DNA of 64,000 nucleotides from Rhodobiaceae bacterium (lineage in GTDB: Bacteria > Pseudomonadota > Alphaproteobacteria > Rhizobiales > TMED25), in contig JABIEF010000055.1 in the NCBI GenBank assembly GCA_018651345.1, positions 2,463-66,462 of the forward strand, read 5' to 3'. Every line of letters starts with the position of its first letter. Position 1 is the first letter of the stretch. Positions 20,682 to 30,983 of the stretch are shown here, one piece after another. The translations under genes and the position numbers were made by a program. The notes below the pieces were generated by a model that worked only from the letters and a program-made list of their open reading frames with translations, was not told the origin of the DNA and made no database searches.

Positions 20682-20864
20682 CTATTTAGCTACCCAAATT
20701 ATAAAAAGACCAATGATAACAAATAGTATTCCCCCATATCTCAAGGAGATATCAGAATAATCTAACATTAATTGGATTAATTTCTTCATGTAGACTGGAT
20801 ACATTGCGTATAAAAAACCTTCAATAACGAAAACCAAGCCAATTGCTATAAAAAATTCATTCAT
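20682..20864 (-). CDS. DUF2065 (YjeT-like) small membrane protein
   Basis: 60 aa with two TM segments (IGLVFVIEGFLYAMYP ... GGILFVIIGLFIIW). It sits immediately downstream of hflC, as yjeT does in other proteobacteria. Confidence 0.6.
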   Translation of the reverse strand: MNEFFIAIGLVFVIEGFLYAMYPVYMKKLIQLMLDYSDISLRYGGILFVIIGLFIIWVAK

Positions 20865-20891
20865 GAATATTTTAATTTATTATCAACTAAA

Positions 20892-21764
20892 TTAGTTTCT
20901 GCCAGTTGGGTTTTTAAAGTAATCAAAAAAATCACTCTCCGGTGAAATAACAAGCCTCGTATCTCCAGACTGAAAACTCTTCTCGTAAGCTATCATAGAA
21001 CGATAAAATTTAAAAAACTCTGGATCTTTTCCATAGGCTTCAGCATAGAGTCTGTTTCTTTCCGCATCACCTTCACCTCTTGTTGCCTGAGCTTCTGCAT
21101 TAGCCTCAGCAATTATAACTCTTGATTGCCTATCAGCTTTTGAGGTTATTCTTTGCGCTTGTTCCATACCTCTTGCACGAATATCATTTGCTTCTTTTTC
21201 ACGAGCTGTCTGCATTCTTCTATAAACAGCTTGGCTGTTGGCATCTGGTAAATCAGCTCTTCTAATCCTCACATCAACAATAGAAACACCTAACGAAGCA
21301 GCTTCGTTATTGACTTGCTCTGTAATTCTTTTCATTAGTTCCGGCCTTTTATCCCTTACTATTTCTTCAAAAGTAGATTCACCTAGAACTCTTCTTACGC
21401 CAGAATTTAATATTTGAGATAATCTAGAATTAGCACGAGCAGCCGTTTGAACGGATTGGTAATATTTTAAAGCATCTGTTATTTTGTACCTTGCATATGA
21501 ATCAACAACTAATCTTTTTTGATCAGATGCTATCACCTCTTGTGATTCTGAATCTAATGCTAAAACTCTTTTATCTACAAACACAGAGTCGTCAGCAAAA
21601 GGAATTTTAAAATGTAATCCTGGTTCAGTTATAATTCTTTTAGCTTCTCCAAATCTCAATATTAAAGCTTGCTGTGTCTGATGAACAGTAAAAGCTGAAC
21701 TAAAGATAATTATTGAACCTAATGCTAGTATAAAGATTAAACCTGCTATACCTATTTTTTTCAT
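20892..21764 (-). CDS. hflC: Protease modulator HflC (SPFH/band-7)
   Basis: 290 aa with an N-terminal TM segment and an SPFH domain. A 4-nt overlap links it to hflK. Confidence 0.9.
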   Translation of the reverse strand: MKKIGIAGLIFILALGSIIIFSSAFTVHQTQQALILRFGEAKRIITEPGLHFKIPFADDSVFVDKRVLALDSESQEVIASDQKRLVVDSYARYKITDALKYYQSVQTAARANSRLSQILNSGVRRVLGESTFEEIVRDKRPELMKRITEQVNNEAASLGVSIVDVRIRRADLPDANSQAVYRRMQTAREKEANDIRARGMEQAQRITSKADRQSRVIIAEANAEAQATRGEGDAERNRLYAEAYGKDPEFFKFYRSMIAYEKSFQSGDTRLVISPESDFFDYFKNPTGRN

Positions 21765-22891
21765 TGATTGCTACTTTCAATTTCTTGATTATTTCTTTTT
21801 TGTAATTGATCCAAAGGAAGATACGGAACAACACCAGGTCCACCCGCTTCACTCTGATCAATAATAATTTTATCCATACCTTCATAAACACGTTCTAAGG
21901 TTTCTAAATACATTCTTTGACGCGTAACAATTGGGGCCTTGGAGTATTCTTCATAAATTGATAAAAATCTAGCTGCCTGACCCTTTGCATCGGCAATAAC
22001 TGCATTTTTATAACCTTCCGCACCTTCTATTAACCTAGCAGACTCGCCTCTTGCAGCTGGTATTACTCGATTTGTATAGGCATCAGCTTCATTTTGAAGT
22101 CTTTCTTGGTCAGCTCTTGCCGCTTGAACATCTCTAAATGCTCCGATAACTGCTTCTGGTGGATCTACTTTTTGTAATTGAACGCGCCTAACGCTAATAC
22201 CAGCACCATATTCATCTAACGTTTTCTGCATTAACTCAAGAACTGCAGCTTCATTCTGTTCTCTGCCTTCTGTAAGAATTTGCTGTAAATTAGCCCCACC
22301 AACTACTTCACGCATTGAACTTTCTGCCACTGCTTTAACAGTAGCCTCAGGATCTTGTATATTAAAAAGATAGTCACCCGCATTACTTATTACCCACTGC
22401 ACAGAAAAATCTACATCAACAATATTTTCATCTCCAGTTAGCATTAAACTTTCTTCGGGTATATCTCTTCCTACAGAACCCCTGCCTATAGAAGATCCTT
22501 CTCCCGCAGTTCTAACACCAACCTCTATTTGATTTTCTCTTGTAACTTTTGGTGTAATGACTTTTTCAATTGGAAACGGTAAATGATAATGTAAACCATC
22601 AGGTGTTGTTTTAGTAAATTCGCCGAATCTTAAAACTATACCTTGTTCATCAGGCTGAACTTTATATATGCCAGTCGCACCCCATACTGCAAAAAACAGA
22701 AGTATTAACATAAAAATACTTTTTTTATTCATGGACCCGCCAGAAGCTCCCCCAGGGAAAAAACCGCCTATCATTTTAAATAAAGCTTTTAATATATTAT
22801 CCAATTCTGAGTTACCGAAATCATTATTACCACCTGAAGGGCCTTTACCCCAAGGTCCAGAATTTTTGTTATCGCCATTATCCCAAGACAT
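21761..22891 (-). CDS. hflK: Protease modulator HflK (SPFH/band-7)
   Basis: 376 aa with a Gly-rich N-terminus (GPWGKGPSGGNN), one TM segment, an SPFH domain and a coiled-coil rich in A/E/R. Confidence 0.9.
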   Translation of the reverse strand: MSWDNGDNKNSGPWGKGPSGGNNDFGNSELDNILKALFKMIGGFFPGGASGGSMNKKSIFMLILLFFAVWGATGIYKVQPDEQGIVLRFGEFTKTTPDGLHYHLPFPIEKVITPKVTRENQIEVGVRTAGEGSSIGRGSVGRDIPEESLMLTGDENIVDVDFSVQWVISNAGDYLFNIQDPEATVKAVAESSMREVVGGANLQQILTEGREQNEAAVLELMQKTLDEYGAGISVRRVQLQKVDPPEAVIGAFRDVQAARADQERLQNEADAYTNRVIPAARGESARLIEGAEGYKNAVIADAKGQAARFLSIYEEYSKAPIVTRQRMYLETLERVYEGMDKIIIDQSEAGGPGVVPYLPLDQLQKRNNQEIESSNQ

Positions 22892-23061
22892 AAATTTTTC
22901 CTATTTTTATTTCAAAATTAACAATTCGTATCGATATAATTTATTTTTTAATTAATACAAAACATATAATATATACTTAATTATTAATATATACCAATTA
23001 AAGCCTTTTAAGCAAAAAAAACTAAGATAACTTAATAATAATAAAATATTCTCATTTATTA

Positions 23062-23577
23062 TTAAGCTTTAATTCTTTTAAGTATCACAAATGAATAATC
23101 AGAATCCTCATTAATTGATTTAGCATTATAAGTTCTAGAAATTTCTTTCCATTCATTGCTATCAAAGGAATCAATCACTTTATCACCTTCATAATCTTTA
23201 TGAACCTCTGTCAGGTAGACTTTCGTTGCATCTTCCATAGTACTTTTATAAATTTGAACACCTCCTATAACAAATATTTCATGTAATTTATTTTTTTTCA
23301 CAAATTCCTTAGCTACAGCCAAAGCTTGATCAACGGTATTGACTACAATACAATCATCTTTCTTATAATTATGATTTTTTGTAACAATAATATTCAATCT
23401 TCCAGGAAGCACTTTTCCGATGGATTCATGTGTTATTCTTCCCATTATAATTGGCTTACCCATGGTAACCTTTTTATAATATTTAAGATCTCCAGGTATA
23501 TTCCAGGGAAGCTTATTCTTATGCCCAATGACATTATTGCTAGATCTTGCTAGAATAATACTAATATCTAACTTCAT
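23062..23577 (-). CDS. folA: Dihydrofolate reductase
   Basis: 171 aa containing [31 protein letters not shown] and VIGGVQIY. It overlaps the thyA stop by 4 nt. Confidence 0.9.
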   Translation of the reverse strand: MKLDISIILARSSNNVIGHKNKLPWNIPGDLKYYKKVTMGKPIIMGRITHESIGKVLPGRLNIIVTKNHNYKKDDCIVVNTVDQALAVAKEFVKKNKLHEIFVIGGVQIYKSTMEDATKVYLTEVHKDYEGDKVIDSFDSNEWKEISRTYNAKSINEDSDYSFVILKRIKA

Positions 23578-24371
23578 ACAGCAACCACTGCTTTAATATG
23601 CGGGTGTGCATCGTAGTCTAAAATTTCAATATCTTCATATTTAAAATTAAAGATATCATCAATATTTTCATTTAAATGGATAGTTGGAAGTTGTTTTTCT
23701 TTTCTTAGCAATTGTTCTTTTGCCTGCTCTATATGATTTAAATAAAGATGAGCGTCACCAAAAGTGTGAATAAATTCACCGGGCTGATAACCTGTAACTT
23801 TTGCTACCATTAAAGTTAAGAGTGCATAGGAAGCTATATTGAATGGCACTCCAAGGAAAATATCAGCAGACCTTTGGTATAGCTGGCAGCTTAATTTACC
23901 GTTTGCAACATAAAATTGAAACAAACAGTGACAAGGCGGTAAGGCCATATCATTAATTTGACTAACATTCCATGCCGAAACAATATGTCTTCTAGAGTCA
24001 GGATTATTTTTTAATGAATCTATTACACTGGATATTTGATCTATAGATTGGCCATTGTTATAACCAGGCCATGATCTCCATTGCGATCCATAAACAGGTC
24101 CTAAATTACCGCTTTCATCAGCCCATTCATCCCAAATTCTAACACCATTATTCTTTAAATACGATATATTTGTATCGCCAGATAAAAACCATATTAGTTC
24201 ATGGACGATAGATTTGATGTGTAATTTTTTTGTTGTAATTAATGGGAAACCATCGTTCAAATCAAAACATAATTGACGACCAAAAACAGACAGTGTTCCA
24301 GTTCCAGTTCTGTCTGACTTTTTAATTCCATTCTCAATTATATGAGACATTAACTCTAAATATTGCTTCAT
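23574..24371 (-). CDS. thyA: Thymidylate synthase (ThyA type)
   Basis: 265 aa with DRTGTGT, ALPPCH (catalytic Cys) and [20 protein letters not shown]. Confidence 0.95.
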   Translation of the reverse strand: MKQYLELMSHIIENGIKKSDRTGTGTLSVFGRQLCFDLNDGFPLITTKKLHIKSIVHELIWFLSGDTNISYLKNNGVRIWDEWADESGNLGPVYGSQWRSWPGYNNGQSIDQISSVIDSLKNNPDSRRHIVSAWNVSQINDMALPPCHCLFQFYVANGKLSCQLYQRSADIFLGVPFNIASYALLTLMVAKVTGYQPGEFIHTFGDAHLYLNHIEQAKEQLLRKEKQLPTIHLNENIDDIFNFKYEDIEILDYDAHPHIKAVVAV

Positions 24372-24489
24372 AATAAATATTATGACTGATTCATTCCCTG
24401 AAGCGAAGCATGAAATATTATTATTATACCCTTTCTTTATTCATACACAGGCTTTATAGTGATAATGCTTTATTAGCTATGGTAATAAA

Positions 24490-24775
24490 TTGGCGTCAAA
24501 ATAAACTAATCGGACCCGGGGGCGGTACCCGGCGCCTCCACCAAAGTTATTTATTATAATTTTAGTGGGGGCGAAATAGGATCGACGAGAGCGTAAAAGA
24601 CCACCTTTTACCCGGCATGGTACCACCGTATCGGACTAAAAACTTTAGTTGCAAATGACAACTATGCTCCGGTGGCTGTAGCTGCGTAAGCAGTTTTAGC
24701 GCCGAAATTAAGTCCTTGTCTCTAGCAAGATAAGGCGGGGTTCGGGTGGCACCTGGCAACAGAACGCCCCTTTTT
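24490..24775 (+). ncRNA. ssrA: Two-piece (circularly permuted) tmRNA: acceptor piece ending CCA at 24543, coding piece from 24567
   Basis: - The acceptor piece ends ...CCGGG-GGCGGTA-CCCGG-CGCCTCC-A-CCA (24543).
- After 23 nt, the coding piece begins GGGGGCGAAATAGGATCGACG.
- GGGGGCG pairs with CGCCTCC to give a G3:U70 wobble, the alanine identity element.
- The tag reading frame at 24651-24689 (GCA AAT GAC AAC TAT GCT CCG GTG GCT GTA GCT GCG TAA) encodes ANDNYAPVAVAA.
- A GC hairpin plus T5 lies at 24737-24775.
- The 5' boundary of the acceptor piece is only approximate. Confidence 0.88.
24737..24775 (+). terminator. Imperfect GC-rich hairpin plus T5 at the 3' end of the tmRNA coding piece
   Basis: GGGGTTC ... 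GAA(CG)CCCC followed by TTTTT. It could equally be a structural helix of the mature tmRNA. Confidence 0.45.
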
Positions 24776-24955
24776 ATCTCTTTAGAACTTCCCATTTTCT
24801 TATTTTAAAATAAAAAAGAAATACAATTGAGAAATAGAATTAAAACTTATCCAATAATTATGACTTATTTTTATAAATTCTATTTTTAGAAAAGTCTTTT
24901 TAATGCTATTTTTATTACAATTCCAAACTTTATAAAATAGCATAATAAAAAAACC

Positions 24956-25450
24956 ATGCAAAAAGATTTAATCGGATATGAATTACTAGGAAAAGAGGCA
25001 ACGATTAGTGTAATAAGAAGTGCATTAATGAAAGTCTCTAATGAAGGATTCCCAGGGGATCACCATTTCTATATTACATTTTTTACAAGCCAAAAAAATA
25101 TTGTAATATCGGATGAACTTTTAAAAAGATTTCCAACTGAAATGACTATAGTGCTTCAGCACCAATTTTTTAGCCTAGAGGTCAAGTCAGATAAATTTGC
25201 GGTTGTTCTGCATTTTAATAATATTGCTGAGAAAATTACCATTCCATTTGTTGCTATAAAAACATTCGTTGATCCAGCTGTTAACTTTAAAATTGAACTA
25301 AACTATACTAATAATAAAGAAGATATCAGTACAAAAGAGGAAATACTATCTCAAGAAGATCCATATAATGAAAATAAGGAAGTTAAAGATAAAGAGGCAA
25401 AGGGTGCCAAAATACTCTCAATTGATAAATTTCGTAAAGATATAAAATAA
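24956..25450 (+). CDS. sspB: ClpXP adaptor SspB (alphaproteobacterial type)
   Basis: 164 aa. GDHHFYITF, EMTIVLQHQFFSLEV, ITIPFVAIKTFVDPAVNF and an acidic linker ending in a basic C-terminal tail (LSIDKFRKDIK) match the SspB-alpha pattern I recall from Caulobacter. Confidence 0.8.
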   Translation: MQKDLIGYELLGKEATISVIRSALMKVSNEGFPGDHHFYITFFTSQKNIVISDELLKRFPTEMTIVLQHQFFSLEVKSDKFAVVLHFNNIAEKITIPFVAIKTFVDPAVNFKIELNYTNNKEDISTKEEILSQEDPYNENKEVKDKEAKGAKILSIDKFRKDIK

Positions 25451-25470
25451 TAAAAACCATAGGATAAATT

Positions 25471-26859
25471 ATGAAAACAAGAAAAGAAAGTGATACCTTC
25501 GGAATAATAGAAGTTGAATCAGATCGTTATTGGGGGGCCCAATCACAAAGATCCATTGAAAATTTTAAGATAGGGTGGGAAAAGCAACCAGTATCTATCA
25601 TCAGATCCTTAGGAATTGTTAAAGCTGCGGCAGCAAAAGTAAATATGGAATTTGGGCTATTGGATAAAGATATTGGCAATATGATTATCAAAGCCTCAAA
25701 AGAAGTAATTGACGGTAAATTAGACGATCACTTTCCTCTCGTTGTATGGCAAACAGGATCCGGAACACAATCGAATATGAATGCTAATGAGGTTATATCA
25801 AATAGAGCCATAGAAATAATGGGCGGGGATATTGGTTCAAAAAACCCTGTGCATCCTAACGATCATTGTAATATGTCTCAATCTTCAAACGATACCTACC
25901 CTACTGCAATGCATATTGCATGCGCAGAAGAAATCATAGACAATTTATTGCCAGCCTTACATGTCATCCACAACTCGCTTGATAAGAAATCTAAAGAATG
26001 GGAAGATATTATAAAAATTGGCAGAACGCACACCCAAGACGCTACACCAATAACTTTAGGGCAAGAATTTTCTGGCTATGTTTTTCAAATTAAAAATGGA
26101 ATTAAAAGAATTGAGGAATCTCTTCCAAAACTTATGGAATTGGCTCAGGGTGCAACTGCAGTTGGAACAGGTCTTAATGCTCCAAAAGGTTTTGGAGAAA
26201 AAATTGCAACTGAAATAAGTAAAATTACAAATAAACCTTTCACATCTTCGCCTAATAAATTTGAATCTTTAGCCGCCCATGACGCTATGGTATTTACACA
26301 TGGCGCTATCAATACAGTCGCAGGATCATTATTTAAGATTGCTAATGATATAAGGTTATTAGGAAGTGGCCCTAGAGCAGGCCTAGGAGAATTATCTTTA
26401 CCTGAGAATGAACCTGGTTCATCAATCATGCCAGGAAAAGTCAATCCTACCCAATGCGAAGCAATGACACAGGTCTGTATACAAGTATTTGGTAATAACA
26501 CAGCAATGACCTTTGCTGGAAGTCAAGGTCATTTTGAATTGAATGTCTATAATCCTTTAATGGCTTATAACTTGTTACAATCTATAAAATTATTAAGTGA
26601 TTGTGTATTATCATTTGAAAAAAATTGTATCAGAGGGATTGAACCTAATATTGACAATATTAACAACAACCTAAACCGTTCACTAATGCTTGTTACTGCA
26701 TTAGCTCCAAAAATAGGATATGATAAAGCTGCAAAAGTTGCAAAAGAAGCTCATAAAAATAATACTACATTAAAAGAAGAAGCTCTAAAACTTGGCTATG
26801 TAACGGAAGAGGAATTTGATGCAATAGTTGTTCCTAAAGATATGATCTCTTCTAAGTAA
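25471..26859 (+). CDS. fumC: Class II fumarate hydratase
   Basis: 462 aa with the [11 protein letters not shown] signature, [10 protein letters not shown] and [10 protein letters not shown]. Confidence 0.95.
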   Translation: MKTRKESDTFGIIEVESDRYWGAQSQRSIENFKIGWEKQPVSIIRSLGIVKAAAAKVNMEFGLLDKDIGNMIIKASKEVIDGKLDDHFPLVVWQTGSGTQSNMNANEVISNRAIEIMGGDIGSKNPVHPNDHCNMSQSSNDTYPTAMHIACAEEIIDNLLPALHVIHNSLDKKSKEWEDIIKIGRTHTQDATPITLGQEFSGYVFQIKNGIKRIEESLPKLMELAQGATAVGTGLNAPKGFGEKIATEISKITNKPFTSSPNKFESLAAHDAMVFTHGAINTVAGSLFKIANDIRLLGSGPRAGLGELSLPENEPGSSIMPGKVNPTQCEAMTQVCIQVFGNNTAMTFAGSQGHFELNVYNPLMAYNLLQSIKLLSDCVLSFEKNCIRGIEPNIDNINNNLNRSLMLVTALAPKIGYDKAAKVAKEAHKNNTTLKEEALKLGYVTEEEFDAIVVPKDMISSK

Positions 26860-27063
26860 ATGATTAAAAAGTCAGTTGTAATATACAAACATAAAACAAG
26901 CATAGCTCTTGAGGATGAATTTTGGGAAGCTTTAAAAAAAATAGCTATACAAGATGAAATTAGCCTGTCTAAACTGATTGAGAGAGTTGATAAATTGAGA
27001 ACAGTAAAAAATTTATCTTCCGCATTAAGGGTCTATATTATTCATTATTATAAAATAATATAA
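26860..27063 (+). CDS. Ribbon-helix-helix domain protein (RHH_4-like), function unknown
   Basis: 67 aa. HKTSIALEDEFWEALKKIA ... LSKLIERVD ... NLSSALRVYI matches the RHH_4-type consensus from memory. Its ATG directly abuts the fumC stop (TAAATG). Confidence 0.65.
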   Translation: MIKKSVVIYKHKTSIALEDEFWEALKKIAIQDEISLSKLIERVDKLRTVKNLSSALRVYIIHYYKII

Positions 27064-27068
27064 AATAT

Positions 27069-28694
27069 ATGAAACAGTTATTCAAAGAGATATTACCAGA
27101 GATAAGAGGAAATTTATATACAAATTGGCGTAGCTTTAAAGAAAGAAAAACACCCATCATATGGGTCTTAGCAATCTTAATAGGGGCACTTAGTTCAATT
27201 GTATCTATTATATTTCGCTATTTAATAAATTGCGTACAATTTTTATGGATAGGGTCAAGTTCAGAACAAAATACTGAAATCCTAAACAACTCACCGTTCT
27301 GGATTTTATTTTTGGGACCCGTAATTGGAGGATTATTCGTAGGTATAATAATTCAATATATATCAAAAATAGAAAGGCCTTACAATATAGCAGATGTGAT
27401 AGAAGCCAGGTCAATCAAAAAAGGGTATATCAGCTTAAAAGAAGCAATAGGAAGCGCGGTTATATCATTTATATCATTGGGGTCAGGAGCAAGCGCTGGA
27501 AGAGAGGGTCCCATTGTTCACTTGGGAGCAGCAATAGGATCTTACATATCTCGAAGATTTAATTTGCCAACTAATGCGACAAGGACATTATTAGCATGCG
27601 GAGTGGCGGCAGCAATTTCCGCTTCGTTTAATGCCCCTATTGCAGGGGTATTATTCGCATTAGAAATTATTTTAGGGCATTATGCGCTAACAGCATTTGT
27701 TCCAATTGTAATTTCTAGTGTAATAGCTGCATTATTATCTAGGCTACATTTTGGTGATTTCCCTGCTTTCATTATACCAGACTATACTATTGTTTCATTG
27801 TATGAATTTCCAGCTTTTGCATTACTTGGCGTAATTTGTGCATTAATTGCAGTAATATTTCAAATTTCTATTATTACATCAATAAATATTTCTTCCTCTC
27901 TAAAGATTAGATTGTGGCTAAGGCCCGTAATTGGTGGATTTTTAATAGGAATAATTGGTATTTTTGTCCCAGAAATTCTTGGAGTAGGCTACGCTTCAAC
28001 AGACGATGCTTTGAGACAACAGCTTAGCCTCGATATTTTAATAATTCTAATAATTGCTAAAATTATTGCAACTGCAATTACCTTTAGTAGTCGCTTCGGT
28101 GGAGGAATATTCTCACCATCCTTATTTATTGGCGCTATGACAGGTGCTAGTTTTGGGATTATTGCTGGAACAATTTTTCCTGATCAAGCGTCTGCAAATG
28201 GTTTATATGCATTAATTGGAATGGGTGGCGTGGCAGCAGCAGTGTTAGGGGCACCTATATCAACAATACTCATTGTATTTGAACTGACCGGAGGTTATGA
28301 TATAGCACTTGCGCTAATACTAACAATTTCTATCTCAAGTGGGCTGTCGCAAGCAATATTAAAAAGAAATATTTTTCATCAACAGCTAGAGGCTAGAGGC
28401 TTAAATATTAGTGATGGAATACATAAAAATCTCTTATACACAATAAAGACAAAAGATTTTATTAAAAATGATTCATCAAGTAATATTTCTAATAATATAA
28501 AGAATGATTTGTATTTATTAGAAGAAGATAATCTTGAAAAAATATTAAGTATGTTCAAAGCATCAAAATTATCCGAATTACAAATTATAGATAAAAATAA
28601 TAAAGATAAAATTATAGGAACTTTATCTTACGTTGATGTTTTGCATTATTATAATGAAAAATTAATCGAGAACTCTAAAGAAGAGCATAGTTAA
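27069..28694 (+). CDS. ClC family chloride channel / H+-Cl- antiporter with a C-terminal CBS-like region
   Basis: 541 aa with selectivity-filter motifs GSGASAGREGP and GGGIFSPSL, plus the NAPIAGVLFALE context. Confidence 0.85.
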   Translation: MKQLFKEILPEIRGNLYTNWRSFKERKTPIIWVLAILIGALSSIVSIIFRYLINCVQFLWIGSSSEQNTEILNNSPFWILFLGPVIGGLFVGIIIQYISKIERPYNIADVIEARSIKKGYISLKEAIGSAVISFISLGSGASAGREGPIVHLGAAIGSYISRRFNLPTNATRTLLACGVAAAISASFNAPIAGVLFALEIILGHYALTAFVPIVISSVIAALLSRLHFGDFPAFIIPDYTIVSLYEFPAFALLGVICALIAVIFQISIITSINISSSLKIRLWLRPVIGGFLIGIIGIFVPEILGVGYASTDDALRQQLSLDILIILIIAKIIATAITFSSRFGGGIFSPSLFIGAMTGASFGIIAGTIFPDQASANGLYALIGMGGVAAAVLGAPISTILIVFELTGGYDIALALILTISISSGLSQAILKRNIFHQQLEARGLNISDGIHKNLLYTIKTKDFIKNDSSSNISNNIKNDLYLLEEDNLEKILSMFKASKLSELQIIDKNNKDKIIGTLSYVDVLHYYNEKLIENSKEEHS

Positions 28695-28700
28695 AGAATT

Positions 28701-30983
28701 ATGATAATTAATAAATACTTAGATGAATTAAATAAATCTCAAAGAGAAGCAGTTGAAAATACAGATGGGGCTCTGCTTGTGCTCGCTGGAGCTGGAACAG
28801 GTAAAACTAAAGTATTGACATCAAAAATAGCTCATATAATTTCTCTTGGAAAAGCTAATCCTTCAAATATTCTTGCGGTTACATTTACAAACAAAGCAGC
28901 CCGAGAAATGAAACATAGAATAGGACAAAGCCTAGGATCTATGGTTGAAGGGATGCCTTGGTTAGGAACATTTCATTCAATTGGAGCTAAAATACTGCGA
29001 ATTCATCCAGAGCTAGTGGGATTAAAATCTGATTTTACAATACTAGACACTGACGATCAATTAAGGTTAATTAAGCAAATAATAAAATTAGAGAATATAG
29101 ATGATAAACGCTGGGCACCGAAGCTTTTACTTAGTTATATTAACACATTTAAAAACAAAGGATTAATGCCAACTGAGATTGAATATAACCAAGACTTTCA
29201 ATTTGCCGATAGAAAAGCCTCCGATCTATATGCCTTATATCAAAATAGATTAAGTATCCTTAATTCTGCAGATTTTGGTGATTTACTATTGTTATCTTTA
29301 AATTTACTTAAAAATAATGCTGATATACTTGATAGATACCAGAATATATTTTCATATATCTTGGTGGATGAGTATCAGGATACTAATGTTGCCCAATATT
29401 TATGGCTTAGATTATTGTCGCAAAAAAATTATAATATCGCTTGCGTTGGTGATGACGATCAATCCATCTATGGGTGGAGAGGTGCTGAAGTAGATAACAT
29501 ATTAAGATTTGAAAGTGATTATCCGGGCGCAAAAATAATAAGACTTGAAGAGAACTACAGGTCAACTCAAAAAATACTTGGCGCGGCATCAGGTATAATC
29601 TCATACAATAAAGATCGATTAGGAAAAACATTAATAGCGAATATAAGAGATGATGGAGAAGATGTTCATATAAGAAGTGTTTGGGATGCAGAAAATGAAG
29701 CCCGGCTTGTTACAGATGAAATTGAATCAAAACAAAGAAAAGGAGCGGGTTTAGAAGATATAGCAATATTAGTAAGAGCAAGTTTTCAGATGAGAGAATT
29801 TGAAGATAGATTTATAATATCAGGGATTCCATACAGAGTAATTGGCGGGCCAAGATTCTATGAAAGGCAAGAAATAAAAGATGCTATTAGCTATATACAA
29901 GTTGTCTCTAATCCTAACAATGATTTAAAACTAGAAAGAATTATAAATATCCCTAAAAGAGGGATTGGTAATTCTACTCTACAGACCTTAAATAAAATAG
30001 CTCGATCAAATAATATTTCTCTTTTCTTAGCAGCAAAACAAATAATTGAGACCGATGAAATAAGAGGGCAAACAAAGATTAAATTAACTAATTTTGTTAA
30101 CTCAATTGAATTATGGAAAAATGAAAAATCTATAATTCATCATACAGATTTGGTTAAAAAAATACTTGATGAATCCGGCTATACAGAAATGTGGCAAAAC
30201 GATAAATCACCAACTGCCTCTGGCAGACTTGAAAATTTAAAAGAATTAATTGGACAGATCGATGAATTTGATTCTCTGGATGGTTTCTTGGAACACGTTT
30301 CTCTGGTTATGGAATTGGAGTCAGATTCAGCCACAGAGAAGGTCAGTCTTATGACATTACATGCTGCAAAAGGGCTTGAATTTGATAATATATTCCTTCC
30401 TGGTTGGGAAGATGGTTTATTTCCAAACCAGCGCTCTTTGGATGAAAAGGGTAATAATGGCTTAGAAGAAGAAAGACGACTTGCTCATGTAGGTATAACG
30501 AGAGCTAAAAGAAGTTTATGGATAACTTATGCCCTTCATAGAAGGGTATATGGACTCTGGCAGCAATCCATACCGTCTAGATTTATAGACGAAATACCAG
30601 AAAAATATAAAGACTTTGATGCAGAATATATAAATACAAATAACTATTATCAGCAAGAGCATCAGTCAAAATACATAGATTTTAATGAAGGACATTCAAA
30701 TACGAAGGATTTTTACCAGCAAGAGGTAAGAACTTCAATGGAAACGGCTAAAAGGAAAATACCTGCATGGAAAAGAATTAGAAAAAATCATGAGATAACA
30801 ATTAACGCAGATTTTCAAGAAATTGATATAAAAAGCAAAACAAATTTTATACTAGGTCAAAGGGTATTTCATGAAAAATTTGGCTATGGTAAAATTATAG
30901 ATATCAATCAGTTAAAGCTTGAGATTGATTTTGAAAAATCGGGGATAAAAACGGTTTTAGAATCTTATGTAAAAATTCATTAA
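28701..30983 (+). CDS. uvrD: ATP-dependent DNA helicase UvrD/PcrA family (SF1)
   Basis: 760 aa with AGAGTGKT (motif I), ILVDEYQDTN (motif II), YRST, TLHAAKGLEF and RRLAHVGITRAK. The C-terminal GQRVFHEKFGYGKI tail is typical of alpha UvrD. Confidence 0.9.
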   Translation: MIINKYLDELNKSQREAVENTDGALLVLAGAGTGKTKVLTSKIAHIISLGKANPSNILAVTFTNKAAREMKHRIGQSLGSMVEGMPWLGTFHSIGAKILRIHPELVGLKSDFTILDTDDQLRLIKQIIKLENIDDKRWAPKLLLSYINTFKNKGLMPTEIEYNQDFQFADRKASDLYALYQNRLSILNSADFGDLLLLSLNLLKNNADILDRYQNIFSYILVDEYQDTNVAQYLWLRLLSQKNYNIACVGDDDQSIYGWRGAEVDNILRFESDYPGAKIIRLEENYRSTQKILGAASGIISYNKDRLGKTLIANIRDDGEDVHIRSVWDAENEARLVTDEIESKQRKGAGLEDIAILVRASFQMREFEDRFIISGIPYRVIGGPRFYERQEIKDAISYIQVVSNPNNDLKLERIINIPKRGIGNSTLQTLNKIARSNNISLFLAAKQIIETDEIRGQTKIKLTNFVNSIELWKNEKSIIHHTDLVKKILDESGYTEMWQNDKSPTASGRLENLKELIGQIDEFDSLDGFLEHVSLVMELESDSATEKVSLMTLHAAKGLEFDNIFLPGWEDGLFPNQRSLDEKGNNGLEEERRLAHVGITRAKRSLWITYALHRRVYGLWQQSIPSRFIDEIPEKYKDFDAEYINTNNYYQQEHQSKYIDFNEGHSNTKDFYQQEVRTSMETAKRKIPAWKRIRKNHEITINADFQEIDIKSKTNFILGQRVFHEKFGYGKIIDINQLKLEIDFEKSGIKTVLESYVKIH

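Noticed and set aside
22668-22955. 95-aa plus-strand ORF overlapping the hflK start, plus many other 60-118-aa ORFs antisense to conserved genes (for example 1199-1390, 12593-12835, 13130-13357, 26145-26501, 32449-32799, 46552-46875, 48251-48505, 48935-49246, 62655-62999)
   Set aside because: All lie inside and antisense to genes with unambiguous family motifs, have no recognisable domains, and have composition-driven sequences. They are treated as non-coding shadows.
24562-24795. 77-aa minus-strand ORF (MGSSKEIKRG...) in the thyA-sspB spacer
   Set aside because: It lies entirely antisense to the tmRNA coding piece. Its unusually high GC and its length are explained by the structured RNA gene, and it has no protein-family resemblance.
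24832-24895. 10-bp perfect inverted repeat AAATAGAATT ... AATTCTATTT between tmRNA and sspB
   Set aside because: The arms are AU-rich with a single G:C pair and are separated by 44 nt. That gives marginal thermodynamic stability, and the repeat lies in generic AT-rich promoter DNA. It is not distinguishable from chance.
26860-27063. The RHH protein as the antitoxin of a toxin-antitoxin module
   Set aside because: There is no adjacent small toxin ORF. The neighbours are fumC and a 541-aa ClC channel, and the family signature matches RHH_4-type stand-alone proteins rather than CopG/ParD/RelB antitoxins.
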